A DNA stretch of 64,000 nucleotides from Candidatus Neomicrothrix sp. UBA2131 (GTDB lineage Bacteria; Actinomycetota; Acidimicrobiia; Acidimicrobiales; MedAcidi-G1), in the NCBI GenBank assembly GCA_002329075.1, contig DCXR01000074.1, forward strand, positions 18,083 to 82,082, read 5' to 3'. The position numbers and the translations under genes are program-made. Positions 56,625 through 64,000 of this stretch are shown here, in pieces; position 1 is the stretch's first letter, and each line of letters starts with the position of its first letter. The notes under the pieces are model-generated. The model was given only the letters and a program-made list of their open reading frames with translations. It was not told where the DNA came from and made no database searches.

Positions 56625-57386
56625 ATGGAACGGTACGGACCCGAGACCTACGGCGAGAACTACGCCGACGTGTACGACGACTGGTACGGCGAGGACGGCC
56701 GGATGGCCATCAGCCAGATCGGCGCGCCCGACGCCGTGGCCGACGGCATCACCGACCTGGCCGACGGTGGACCCGTCCTGGAGTTGGGCGTGGGCACCGG
56801 GCGACTGGCACTGCCGCTCGCCGACCGGGGCCTCGACGTCACTGGCCTCGACGCCTCGCCCGCCATGCTCGGGCGCCTGAGGGCCAAGCCCGGCGCCGAC
56901 CGGATCACCGTGGTCGAGGGTGACATGGCCGACCCCCTGCCCGGGGCGGTCGACGGGTCGTTCGCCGTCGTGCTCGTGGGCTTCAACACGTTCTTCAACC
57001 TGACCACGGCCGAGGCGCAGGCCTCCTGCGTCGCCGCTGTGGCGCGCCTGCTGCGCCCCGGCGGCCGCTTCGTGGTCGAGGCGTTCGTGCCGGCCCCCGA
57101 GGCCCACGACGGCTTGTCGGTTCGCACGGTCGACATGGACCGGGTGCTGTTGGACGTGGCGGCCATCGACCCCGACACGCAACTCATCACCGGCCAGCGG
57201 ATCGAGATCAGCGAAGCCGGCAACCGGCTGTTCCCCTACCTGCTGCGCTACGTCACACCCGAGCAGTTCGACGCCCTGGCAGCAGGCGTCGGCCTGTCGC
57301 TGGAGCACCGCTGGGCAGACTGGTCGGGCACCCCGTTCGGCGAGGCATCGGCCTCGCACGTGTCGGTCTGGCGGCGACCCGCCTGA
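56625..57386 (+). CDS. Class I SAM-dependent methyltransferase
   Basis: Motif I VLELGVGTGRLALPLA, and motif post-II LRPGGRFVV. Confidence 0.8.
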   Translation: MERYGPETYGENYADVYDDWYGEDGRMAISQIGAPDAVADGITDLADGGPVLELGVGTGRLALPLADRGLDVTGLDASPAMLGRLRAKPGADRITVVEGDMADPLPGAVDGSFAVVLVGFNTFFNLTTAEAQASCVAAVARLLRPGGRFVVEAFVPAPEAHDGLSVRTVDMDRVLLDVAAIDPDTQLITGQRIEISEAGNRLFPYLLRYVTPEQFDALAAGVGLSLEHRWADWSGTPFGEASASHVSVWRRPA

Positions 57387-57404
57387 CGGTGGCCGCCCGG
57401 GCGC

Positions 57405-58091
57405 TCAGTCGGCGCGGCCCGTCAGGATCGGCAGGTCCAGCGACGGTCGGTTGGTGCGCTTGAGCTCCGAGAACGCCGGATTCGACACCAGGGCCAGCAC
57501 GGTGTCGTACAACTCCAGGCACTCCTCGTCGGACTCGGGCACCGACGAGATCACCGGGCCGAAGATGGATGGACCGTCGGGTGGACCGAAGGTGAGGATC
57601 GGGGTGCCGACCTCGGGGCCGGTGCGGCCGATGGCCTCCTCGGTCTCGGCACGCAGCGCCTCGTCCCACGAACGGTCGGTCGAAGCGGCCGTGTGCGCTG
57701 CGTCGAACCCCGCGGACTCCAGCACTCCGGCAAGGTGCTCGTCGGTTGCCACGTACTGGCGGAAGTCGACCCCGGGCTCGGGCACCACGTGCCAGATCGA
57801 GCGGCCGAGAGCCTCGTAGAGCCGCTCCATGGCGGCCGGGCCCTCGGTCGCGCGCACGCTGGCCGCCACCCGAAGCATCCGCCGGCCCCTGTCGTGTCCC
57901 TCCTGGTAGCCCTCGGGGAACTCGGCGTCGTAGTCGCGCTCCTCGTTGAGGATCGACAGCGTGATGAGCCGCCATTCGACCGTGAGGCCCCGCAGGGTGG
58001 CGACCCGCCGCAGCCAGTGCGAGGTCTGCCAGGCGAACGGGCAGATGGGGTCCCAGAAGAACTCGATGTCGGCAGGCGCTTCGTTGGTCAT
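57405..58091 (-). CDS. DsbA-like thioredoxin-fold protein (single-Cys CPFA motif)
   Basis: [19 protein letters not shown] lies at the N-terminus, and GTPILTF in the C-terminal part. It resembles the mycobacterial Rv2466c-type family but has CPFA instead of CxxC. Confidence 0.65.
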   Translation of the reverse strand: MTNEAPADIEFFWDPICPFAWQTSHWLRRVATLRGLTVEWRLITLSILNEERDYDAEFPEGYQEGHDRGRRMLRVAASVRATEGPAAMERLYEALGRSIWHVVPEPGVDFRQYVATDEHLAGVLESAGFDAAHTAASTDRSWDEALRAETEEAIGRTGPEVGTPILTFGPPDGPSIFGPVISSVPESDEECLELYDTVLALVSNPAFSELKRTNRPSLDLPILTGRAD

Positions 58092-58142
58092 GGTCGAACC
58101 CTAGGATCACCGCCGATAGGTCCCGCAACCAGGAGCCCAACC

Positions 58143-58928
58143 ATGGCCATCTGCCACGACGTCGACTACACGGTGAGGGGCGACGACCTGCAGTTCGTCG
58201 AGATCGGGCTCGACACGGGTGAGACCGTGGTCGCCGAGGCCGGCGCCATGATGTTCCTCGAGGAGGGCATCGCCTTCGAGACCAAGATGGGCGACGGCTC
58301 CGAACCCGACGCCGGGATGTTCAAGAAGCTCAAGTCGGCTGCAGGGCGGGCGATCTCCCAGGAGTCCGTGTTCCTCACGCACTTCACCAACAACGGCGGC
58401 GGCCGCAAGGTGGCGGCATTCGGTTCGGACGTGCCCGGCAAGATCCTGCCCCTCGACATGGGGCAGCTCGGCGGTTCGATCCTCGCCCAGAAGGACGCCT
58501 TCCTCGCTGCCGCCCTAGGCACGAAGTTGAGCGTCGCCTTCAACCGCAAGCTCGGGTCCGGCTTCTTCGGCGGGGAGGGCTTCATCCTCCAGCGCATCGA
58601 GGGCGACGGCATGGCCTTCCTCAACGCCGGCGGCACCATCGTCGAGAAGCACCTGGCCGGAGAGACCCTCCGCGTCGACACCGGCTGCCTCGTGGCCTTC
58701 GAGGACGGCATCGACTACTCGATCGAGAGGGCCGGGAACCTCAAGTCGATGGTGTTCGGCGGCGAGGGGCTCTTCGTCGCCACGCTGAGCGGCTCCGGAC
58801 GGGTGTGGCTGCAGTCGCTGCCGTTCTCCCGCCTCGCCGACCGCATCATCCAGCACGCCCCGGCAGCCGGCGGCACCTCGAAGGGCCAGGGCTCCGTCCT
58901 GGGAGGTCTGGGCCGGCTGCTGGACTAG
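58143..58928 (+). CDS. TIGR00266/AIM24 (DUF124) family protein
   Basis: Trimmed to ATG 58143, with an AGGAG SD upstream. The family pattern is [30 protein letters not shown] ... [19 protein letters not shown]. Confidence 0.75.
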   Translation: MAICHDVDYTVRGDDLQFVEIGLDTGETVVAEAGAMMFLEEGIAFETKMGDGSEPDAGMFKKLKSAAGRAISQESVFLTHFTNNGGGRKVAAFGSDVPGKILPLDMGQLGGSILAQKDAFLAAALGTKLSVAFNRKLGSGFFGGEGFILQRIEGDGMAFLNAGGTIVEKHLAGETLRVDTGCLVAFEDGIDYSIERAGNLKSMVFGGEGLFVATLSGSGRVWLQSLPFSRLADRIIQHAPAAGGTSKGQGSVLGGLGRLLD

Positions 58929-58956
58929 CCGGACGACGCTCCCGACCGGACAGGGT

Positions 58957-59871
58957 TCAACCCAGGATCGGGTCGTACCAGTTGGCGGCGGCCCAGATGC
59001 CTCCGGCGAAGAAGGCGAGGGCGAAGGCGTAGGTCATGGTCGTGCCCGCCCGGCGGGGCAGGCCTCGTGCGTCGGCGGTGTCGACCAGCCAGGCCAGGGC
59101 GGCGCCTCCCAGCAGGCCGCCGAGGTGGCCGCCGATGCTGATGCCCGGCCGGCCGAACGTGAAGAGCAGGTTGACGACCACCAGGGTGCCGATTCCGGAA
59201 CTCCACGGGTTGATCCCCCTCCGGTACTGGTGGACGACCGTGGCGCCCATGAGCCCGAACACCGCCCCCGAGGCGCCCACCGTGAGGGTCGTGGGGGAGA
59301 TCAGCAGCACGCCGAGCGATCCTGCGGCCAGCGAGCCCGTGTAGAGGCCGAGAAAGCGAACCGGGCCCTGGAGGCGCTCCAGTTGGTTGCCGAGCATCCA
59401 GGCCAGGAACATGTTGAATGCGATGTGCAGCAGCCCGGCGTGCAGGAACGCCGACGTGACGAGCCGCCACCACTCCCCCTCGTCGACGCCGAGCGGCCCG
59501 ACGCACGTCCGGCCGATGACCGCCCTGCAGCCGAAGCCGATCAGCCCGAAGTCGACGCCGACGTCTCCGAGTGACCCGGCGAGCGAGCCGCCGCTGCTGA
59601 GGGCGTACAGGAAGGCGGCTGCGTTGAGGGCTATGAGCACCCGGATGGCGACCGGATCGCGGTGGGCGAGACCCTGACGACCCGATGTCGAGGCCCGGAC
59701 GAGTCGGCGCCGGCCCACGACGACCGGCCCCACACACGACGGGCAGTGGAAGCCCACGTCGGCCTGGTGCATGCACACGCCGCAGATACGTCGGTCGCAG
59801 CGCTGGCATGACACGCCGGCCCGCCGCTCGGGGTGCCAGTGGCAGGCGTCGGCCTCGGGGGGAGTGCTCAC
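58957..59871 (-). CDS. Rhomboid-family intramembrane serine protease with N-terminal Cys-rich zinc-ribbon-like domain
   Basis: Trimmed to GTG 59869-59871. The N-terminus reads CHWHPERRAGVSCQRCDRRICGVCMHQADVGFHCPSC. The rhomboid core has HAGLLHIAFNM, the catalytic GASGAVFG and GHLGG. Confidence 0.85.
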   Translation of the reverse strand: MSTPPEADACHWHPERRAGVSCQRCDRRICGVCMHQADVGFHCPSCVGPVVVGRRRLVRASTSGRQGLAHRDPVAIRVLIALNAAAFLYALSSGGSLAGSLGDVGVDFGLIGFGCRAVIGRTCVGPLGVDEGEWWRLVTSAFLHAGLLHIAFNMFLAWMLGNQLERLQGPVRFLGLYTGSLAAGSLGVLLISPTTLTVGASGAVFGLMGATVVHQYRRGINPWSSGIGTLVVVNLLFTFGRPGISIGGHLGGLLGGAALAWLVDTADARGLPRRAGTTMTYAFALAFFAGGIWAAANWYDPILG

Positions 59872-59911
59872 GCCCGCACGGTACCCGGCGCCCCGGGCCC
59901 GATGCGGCGCC

Positions 59912-60556
59912 TCAGGATCGGATGACCACCGGGACGCAGTCGGCGTCGGACGTCCAGGCGAACAGCACCAGCTGGGGTTCGTCGGTCGTGACGGTGGCGT
60001 GGCGCGTGCCCGTCGGGTGGAAGATCGTGGCGCCCGGTCCACGGCTGGTCCACTCGTCGCCCATCTGCCAGTCGGCGGTGCCTGCGACGACCCAGAAGGC
60101 CTCGGTGGCCTTGTGGACATGCGACGGGTACGTCACCCCCGGTCCCTGGATGACGGCGCCGGCGAAGACGTCTTCGCTGGCGTAGAGCGGGGACGGTTCC
60201 TCGAGGATGCCGCTGCTGATCGGATTCGTGCCAACGATCGGGGCATAGGCGTAGTTGGCCCGCATGTGGTCCATGTCGGGCTCGCCGATGTGCTCCGGGT
60301 ACGGGATCGCCCAGCCCACGCTGTCGGCCACGAGGTGCAGCAGGTCGCCCGCCGCACCGACGGTGGCGCCGAGACACGTGCCGAGGTGTTCGTCGATGAC
60401 CGGATAGGTCGGTCGGACACCCGGGGTGACCCGCGTACAGCGTTCGAGGGCGTCGACCAGGTTGGCCATGGCGTCGGCCATGGCTGGATCACGGGCGGCC
60501 TCGGCGTGGGCGAACCCGATGAATCCGGCGAGGAACGGGCCTGCAGGGCCGCTCAT
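59912..60556 (-). CDS. Cupin-domain protein (DMSP-lyase DddL-like family resemblance)
   Basis: Both cupin motifs are intact (G-VTYPS-HVH-KAT-E-AFWVVA-G and G-ATIFH-P-T-G-TR-H). ATG 60556 was chosen; GTG 60565 is possible. The DddL-like label is from memory and has low certainty. Confidence 0.7.
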   Translation of the reverse strand: MSGPAGPFLAGFIGFAHAEAARDPAMADAMANLVDALERCTRVTPGVRPTYPVIDEHLGTCLGATVGAAGDLLHLVADSVGWAIPYPEHIGEPDMDHMRANYAYAPIVGTNPISSGILEEPSPLYASEDVFAGAVIQGPGVTYPSHVHKATEAFWVVAGTADWQMGDEWTSRGPGATIFHPTGTRHATVTTDEPQLVLFAWTSDADCVPVVIRS

Positions 60557-60589
60557 CGCGCGCACCCTAGACCCGGCGTGCGGTACCGC

Positions 60590-61378
60590 TCAACGGTCGG
60601 TGAAGGTTGCCTTGCCGGGGCCGTGCTCGAAGAACGACGCCACGCCGCTGGCGGCGTCGGCGCTCTCGAAGACCTCCATGAACAGGTCGAGTTCGAGGTC
60701 GACGCCGTCGGCGAGCGTGCCCTGGATGCCCTCGTCGATGGCCCGCTTCGAGGCCCGCAGGGCGATCCGGGGACCATTGGCGTAGCCGGTGGCCCGCTCG
60801 ACGGCCCGATCGAGCACCTGGTCGTCGGGAACGACCTCGTCGACCCATCCGATGGCAAGCGCCTCGGGGGCCTTCACCTGGGCACCGCCCCAGATCAACT
60901 CCTTGGCCTTCGTTACCCCGACGAGGCGGGCCAGGCGCTGGGTGGCGCCACCACCGGGGATGAGGCCGAGCAGCACCTCGGGCTGGCCGAACACGGCACC
61001 CTCGCCGGCGATCCGGAAGTCACAGCACATGGCCAGTTCGGCTCCACCACCGAGGGCGAAGCCGTTGACGGCGGCGATGGTCGGGCAGGGCACGGTCTCG
61101 AGGGCGGCGAACCCGGACCGGAAGGCGTCGCCCTGGGCCTGGCGGAAGGCTGGGTCGGCGAAGACCGTCAGGTCGGCGCCGGCGGCGAAGTGCCGTCCAC
61201 CTCCGGTGAGTACCAGGGCACCGGGCGGTTCGGCATGCAGTGCCCCGGCCAGGTCGCCGATCTCGAGGAGCAGCGCCGTGTCGAGGGCGTTGACCTTGGG
61301 CCGGTCGAGTGTCGCGATGACGACGTCGTCGTCGGTCCGCTCTATGCGCAGGAACTCGAAGTCAGGTGGAGAGGTCAC
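60590..61378 (-). CDS. Enoyl-CoA hydratase/isomerase (crotonase) family protein
   Basis: Trimmed to GTG 61376-61378. It has the oxyanion and catalytic blocks FAAGADL, NGFALGGGAELAMCCDFRIA and GLIPGGGATQRL. Confidence 0.9.
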   Translation of the reverse strand: MTSPPDFEFLRIERTDDDVVIATLDRPKVNALDTALLLEIGDLAGALHAEPPGALVLTGGGRHFAAGADLTVFADPAFRQAQGDAFRSGFAALETVPCPTIAAVNGFALGGGAELAMCCDFRIAGEGAVFGQPEVLLGLIPGGGATQRLARLVGVTKAKELIWGGAQVKAPEALAIGWVDEVVPDDQVLDRAVERATGYANGPRIALRASKRAIDEGIQGTLADGVDLELDLFMEVFESADAASGVASFFEHGPGKATFTDR

Positions 61379-61618
61379 GGCCGGGAGGGTAGTGAACGGG
61401 CGGCGAATCGAAACTCCCCAGCCACAGGTAGGCGCGGGTACGGCCCTTCGGCCAGTTTCGCGGGGAATCCGCCGTCCTGGCCCGGCCGGGCGGGGTGGCC
61501 TCCCGGGAGGCCGACGAGTTCGCCCGGACCCGCTCGCTTGTGTCCAGCCCTGCCCGGCCCGCGGCCCTGCGGACCGGCTGGCCACTCCCGGCCGGCAGCG
61601 TCCGCCGCACCGGCTCGC

Positions 61619-62836
61619 TCACGAATTCCCACTGGTGGCATCAGCCGCCTCGATCTCCTCACGTCTCACGCCGAGCAGGAACAGCACTGCGTCGAGGTAC
61701 GGCACGCTGAGCGTGGCATCCGCCGCCTCCTTCACCACAGGACGGGCATTGAAGGCGATCCCGAGGCCGGCGACCGCCAGCATGTCGACGTCGTTGGCAC
61801 CGTCGCCGATCGCCACGACCTGCTCCAACGGGACACCCTCGTCGACGGCTATGCGCTCGAGCAGGCGCGCCTTGCCCGCCCGGTCGACCACCTCACCCAC
61901 CAACTCGCCGGTGAGCCGCCCGTCGACGACTTCGAGGGAGTTGGCGTGGGCGTGGTCGATGCCGAGTCGACGCCGGAGCGGCTCGACCACCTCGAGGAAA
62001 CCGCCGCTGACGGCGGCGGTGGCGAAGCCGAGGCGCTGCAACGTCCGGATGAACGTGGCGGCACCTGGCGTCAACCGGACGCGTTCGGCCACCCGTTCGA
62101 GGACCGAGGCGTCGGTCCCCGCCAGGAGCCGGACCCGTTGGCGCAGCGAGGCCTCGTAGTCCAGTTCGCCGGCCATCGCCCGCTCGGTGAGGACGGCCAC
62201 CTCTTCGCCGACCCCGGCCGCCTCGGCAACCATGTCGATGACCTCGTCCTGTATGAGCGTCGAGTCGACGTCGATCACGACCAGCCGCTGTGCCCGACGG
62301 GACAGGCCCTCGGCCTGGACGGCCACCTCGACCCCCCGGTGCGCGGCACCGGCCGTGAGCAGCGATGTCCGGATCTCCGTGGGGTCTCCCCCGGACACGA
62401 GCAGTTCGTAACTCCAGACCGGATAGCGGGCCAGTCGAGCGATGCGCTCGATGTTGGCACCGCCGGCCGCGACGGCGTCGGCCACCATGCCAAGGGCATC
62501 GGGGCCGAGGCGCTCGCCGACGATCGTGACCACGTGGCCGAGCGGCCGCGCCTCGACCGGCTCCTCGGCGACCTCGAAGCCGATCTCGATCTCGTGTTCC
62601 CAGCCGAAGAGCAGAAGTTCCTTGAGCAGGTCGCGTCCCCCGGGCACGATGACCTCCAGGCCCAGGTTGAGCCGACCGTGCAGGACGATCTGTTCCATGT
62701 CCTCGACGGCGGCACCCGCCTCGTCGAGGATGCGCAACAGGCCGGCGGTGATGCCCGGGCGGTCCCTTCCCGTCACGCGCACGAGCACTGTCCGGGCACG
62801 GGCCTCCGTTGCTTCCGCCTTGTGCCGCCCTGTCAA
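61619..62836 (-). CDS. serB: Phosphoserine phosphatase with N-terminal tandem ACT domains (SerB2-like)
   Basis: HAD motifs VIDVDSTLIQDEVI and GDGANDVDML, preceded by ACT-like repeats. The TTG start at 62836 overlaps the serA stop. Start uncertain. Confidence 0.9.
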   Translation of the reverse strand: MTGRHKAEATEARARTVLVRVTGRDRPGITAGLLRILDEAGAAVEDMEQIVLHGRLNLGLEVIVPGGRDLLKELLLFGWEHEIEIGFEVAEEPVEARPLGHVVTIVGERLGPDALGMVADAVAAGGANIERIARLARYPVWSYELLVSGGDPTEIRTSLLTAGAAHRGVEVAVQAEGLSRRAQRLVVIDVDSTLIQDEVIDMVAEAAGVGEEVAVLTERAMAGELDYEASLRQRVRLLAGTDASVLERVAERVRLTPGAATFIRTLQRLGFATAAVSGGFLEVVEPLRRRLGIDHAHANSLEVVDGRLTGELVGEVVDRAGKARLLERIAVDEGVPLEQVVAIGDGANDVDMLAVAGLGIAFNARPVVKEAADATLSVPYLDAVLFLLGVRREEIEAADATSGNS

Positions 62837-64000
62837 GCCAGGTCCAGACGGTCGGCGGAGAGGATGTCCTGGTGGCTTCGGAGTTCGTCCAACACGCCAC
62901 CGGGCACCGAGGAGTCGGTGGCCAGGACCATCAGCATGGTCTCACCATCGTCGGACTGGCCCACGTCCATGTTCCCGATGTTGACCCCGGCATCCCCCAG
63001 TGCCGAACCCATTACGCCGATCACCCCGGGACGGTTGAAACTGCGTGCTATCAGCATGTGGTCTGACCAGGGCACGTCCACGCTGTGTTCGTCGACCATG
63101 ACGATGCGCGGTTCGCCGTGGAGCCCCACCACCGTGCCGGCCAGGGAGTGGCTCGCGGAACGCAGGGTGATGGTGTTGAGGTAGTCACGGGGAGCAGCCA
63201 CGCTGATGGCCCGGACCTCCAAACCCCTTTCGCGTGCCATGTCCATGGCGTTGACGAAGGTGACCGCCTCAGCAGAGACGTGGTCCAACAGGCCCTTGAC
63301 GACAGCCAGGATGGCCATCGAGTTGTCGTGGGTGCCGATCTCCCCGCGGAACTCCACGTCGAGGCATTCGGGCAGCGAACCGGGCAGGAGGCCGAAGACC
63401 GCGCCCAGCGTCTGCGCCAGGGGGATGAACGGCCGGATCTCCTTGGAGGCGGCTTCGGCCTCCACGTTGACGGCGAAGGGTACGTATTCGCCTGCCAGGG
63501 CCAGGTCGACCTGCTCAGCGATGATCACCCCGGCCTTGTCCTGGGCTTCGGTGGTGCTGGCCCCCAGGTGTGGGGTGACCACCACCTGGGGCAGGCCGAA
63601 GAGGGGCGATTCGGTGGTCGGCTCGGTGGCGAACACGTCGAAGGCCGCTCCGCCAACCTGCCCGGAGGCGATCGCCGCGGCCAGCGCCTCCTCGTCGACG
63701 ATCCCGCCCCGAGCCGCGTTGACGATCCGGATGCCTGGCTTGGCCAGGGACAACAACCCGGCGTCGATCAGCCCCAGCGTCTCGGGGGTGCGGGCCAGGT
63801 GGAGGCTCACGAAGTCCGACCGGCCCATCAGGCTCTCCAGGGGACACAACTCCACGTCGATGCGGTGCGCATACTCCTCGGCCACATAGGGGTCGTGGGC
63901 GATGACCCGCATCCCGAAAGCCTTGGCACGCTCGGCCACCATGCGTCCGATACGGCCCAGACCCACGATCCCCAGGGTCTTGTCGGCCAACTCCACGCCC
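62833..64000 (-). CDS. serA: D-3-phosphoglycerate dehydrogenase (5' end outside window)
   Basis: Motifs GIVGLGRIGRMVA and HLGASTTEAQ, plus C-terminal ASB and ACT domains. The ORF is open to the window edge. Confidence 0.9.
   Translation of the reverse strand, partial: GVELADKTLGIVGLGRIGRMVAERAKAFGMRVIAHDPYVAEEYAHRIDVELCPLESLMGRSDFVSLHLARTPETLGLIDAGLLSLAKPGIRIVNAARGGIVDEEALAAAIASGQVGGAAFDVFATEPTTESPLFGLPQVVVTPHLGASTTEAQDKAGVIIAEQVDLALAGEYVPFAVNVEAEAASKEIRPFIPLAQTLGAVFGLLPGSLPECLDVEFRGEIGTHDNSMAILAVVKGLLDHVSAEAVTFVNAMDMARERGLEVRAISVAAPRDYLNTITLRSASHSLAGTVVGLHGEPRIVMVDEHSVDVPWSDHMLIARSFNRPGVIGVMGSALGDAGVNIGNMDVGQSDDGETMLMVLATDSSVPGGVLDELRSHQDILSADRLDLA

Noticed and set aside
59771-63184. 1137-aa plus-strand ORF, the longest ORF in the track
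   Set aside because: Its composition is Gly/Arg/Asp/His-rich with low complexity and has no family motifs. It is antisense to four well-supported minus-strand genes (cupin, crotonase, serB, serA). This is a typical high-GC shadow ORF.

Overview
The window is a very GC-rich (about 70% by eye), gene-dense, chromosomal segment. A WhiB-family gene and its gene order place it in the Actinomycetota. The order serA-serB ... ilvD / ilvBNC ... gatCAB ... ligA ... mnmA-cysteine desulfurase resembles, from memory, the mycobacterial Rv2996c-Rv3025c region. I support about 63 protein genes. I saw no rRNA, tRNA, CRISPR array, transposase, integrase or prophage gene. Because of the GC content, most long ORFs in the track are Arg/Gly/His-rich antisense or out-of-frame artefacts. 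I picked real genes by recognisable family motifs, GC3-type codon usage and 4-nt start/stop overlaps (ATGA/GTGA), and trimmed many starts inward from the ORF-track coordinates.

Content:
- A steroid C/D-ring (HIP)-type catabolic module: ipdA-ipdB-ipdC plus an adjacent pair of acyl-CoA dehydrogenase genes.
- An unusually dense set of SDR genes.
- A cysH-sirC-cobA-sirA sulfite-reduction/siroheme operon.
- Two family-III CoA-transferases, a MaoC dehydratase and a thiolase.
- A P-type ATPase, a Glu dehydrogenase, a PASTA Ser/Thr kinase and housekeeping genes.

Most interesting observations:
1. A Bcp/PrxQ peroxiredoxin gene is truncated in the ORF track. It actually reads through an in-frame TGA that sits exactly at the peroxidatic-Cys position. 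A perfect 8-bp hairpin follows 13 nt downstream, so this is a candidate selenocysteine peroxiredoxin with a bacterial SECIS.
2. A 16-17 bp palindrome, CCTGAC-N5-GTCAG, occurs three times by eye. Each copy lies in a promoter region, which ties the ipd operon, an SDR operon and an aldehyde-dehydrogenase operon into one putative regulon. No cognate regulator is in the window.
3. The aldehyde-dehydrogenase operon also encodes a 4-TM protein and a 983-aa, extremely acidic, N-terminally anchored protein with four about 52-aa paired-Cys tandem repeats. I cannot assign this protein to any family. With the Sec-peroxiredoxin and a CoA-transferase immediately downstream, this is my best candidate for an undescribed system.

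Smaller items: a bacterial SET-domain protein, a catalytically dead SDR translationally coupled to a canonical SDR, and a probable ilvBNC attenuator. All homology statements come from motif recognition and memory, not from database searches.
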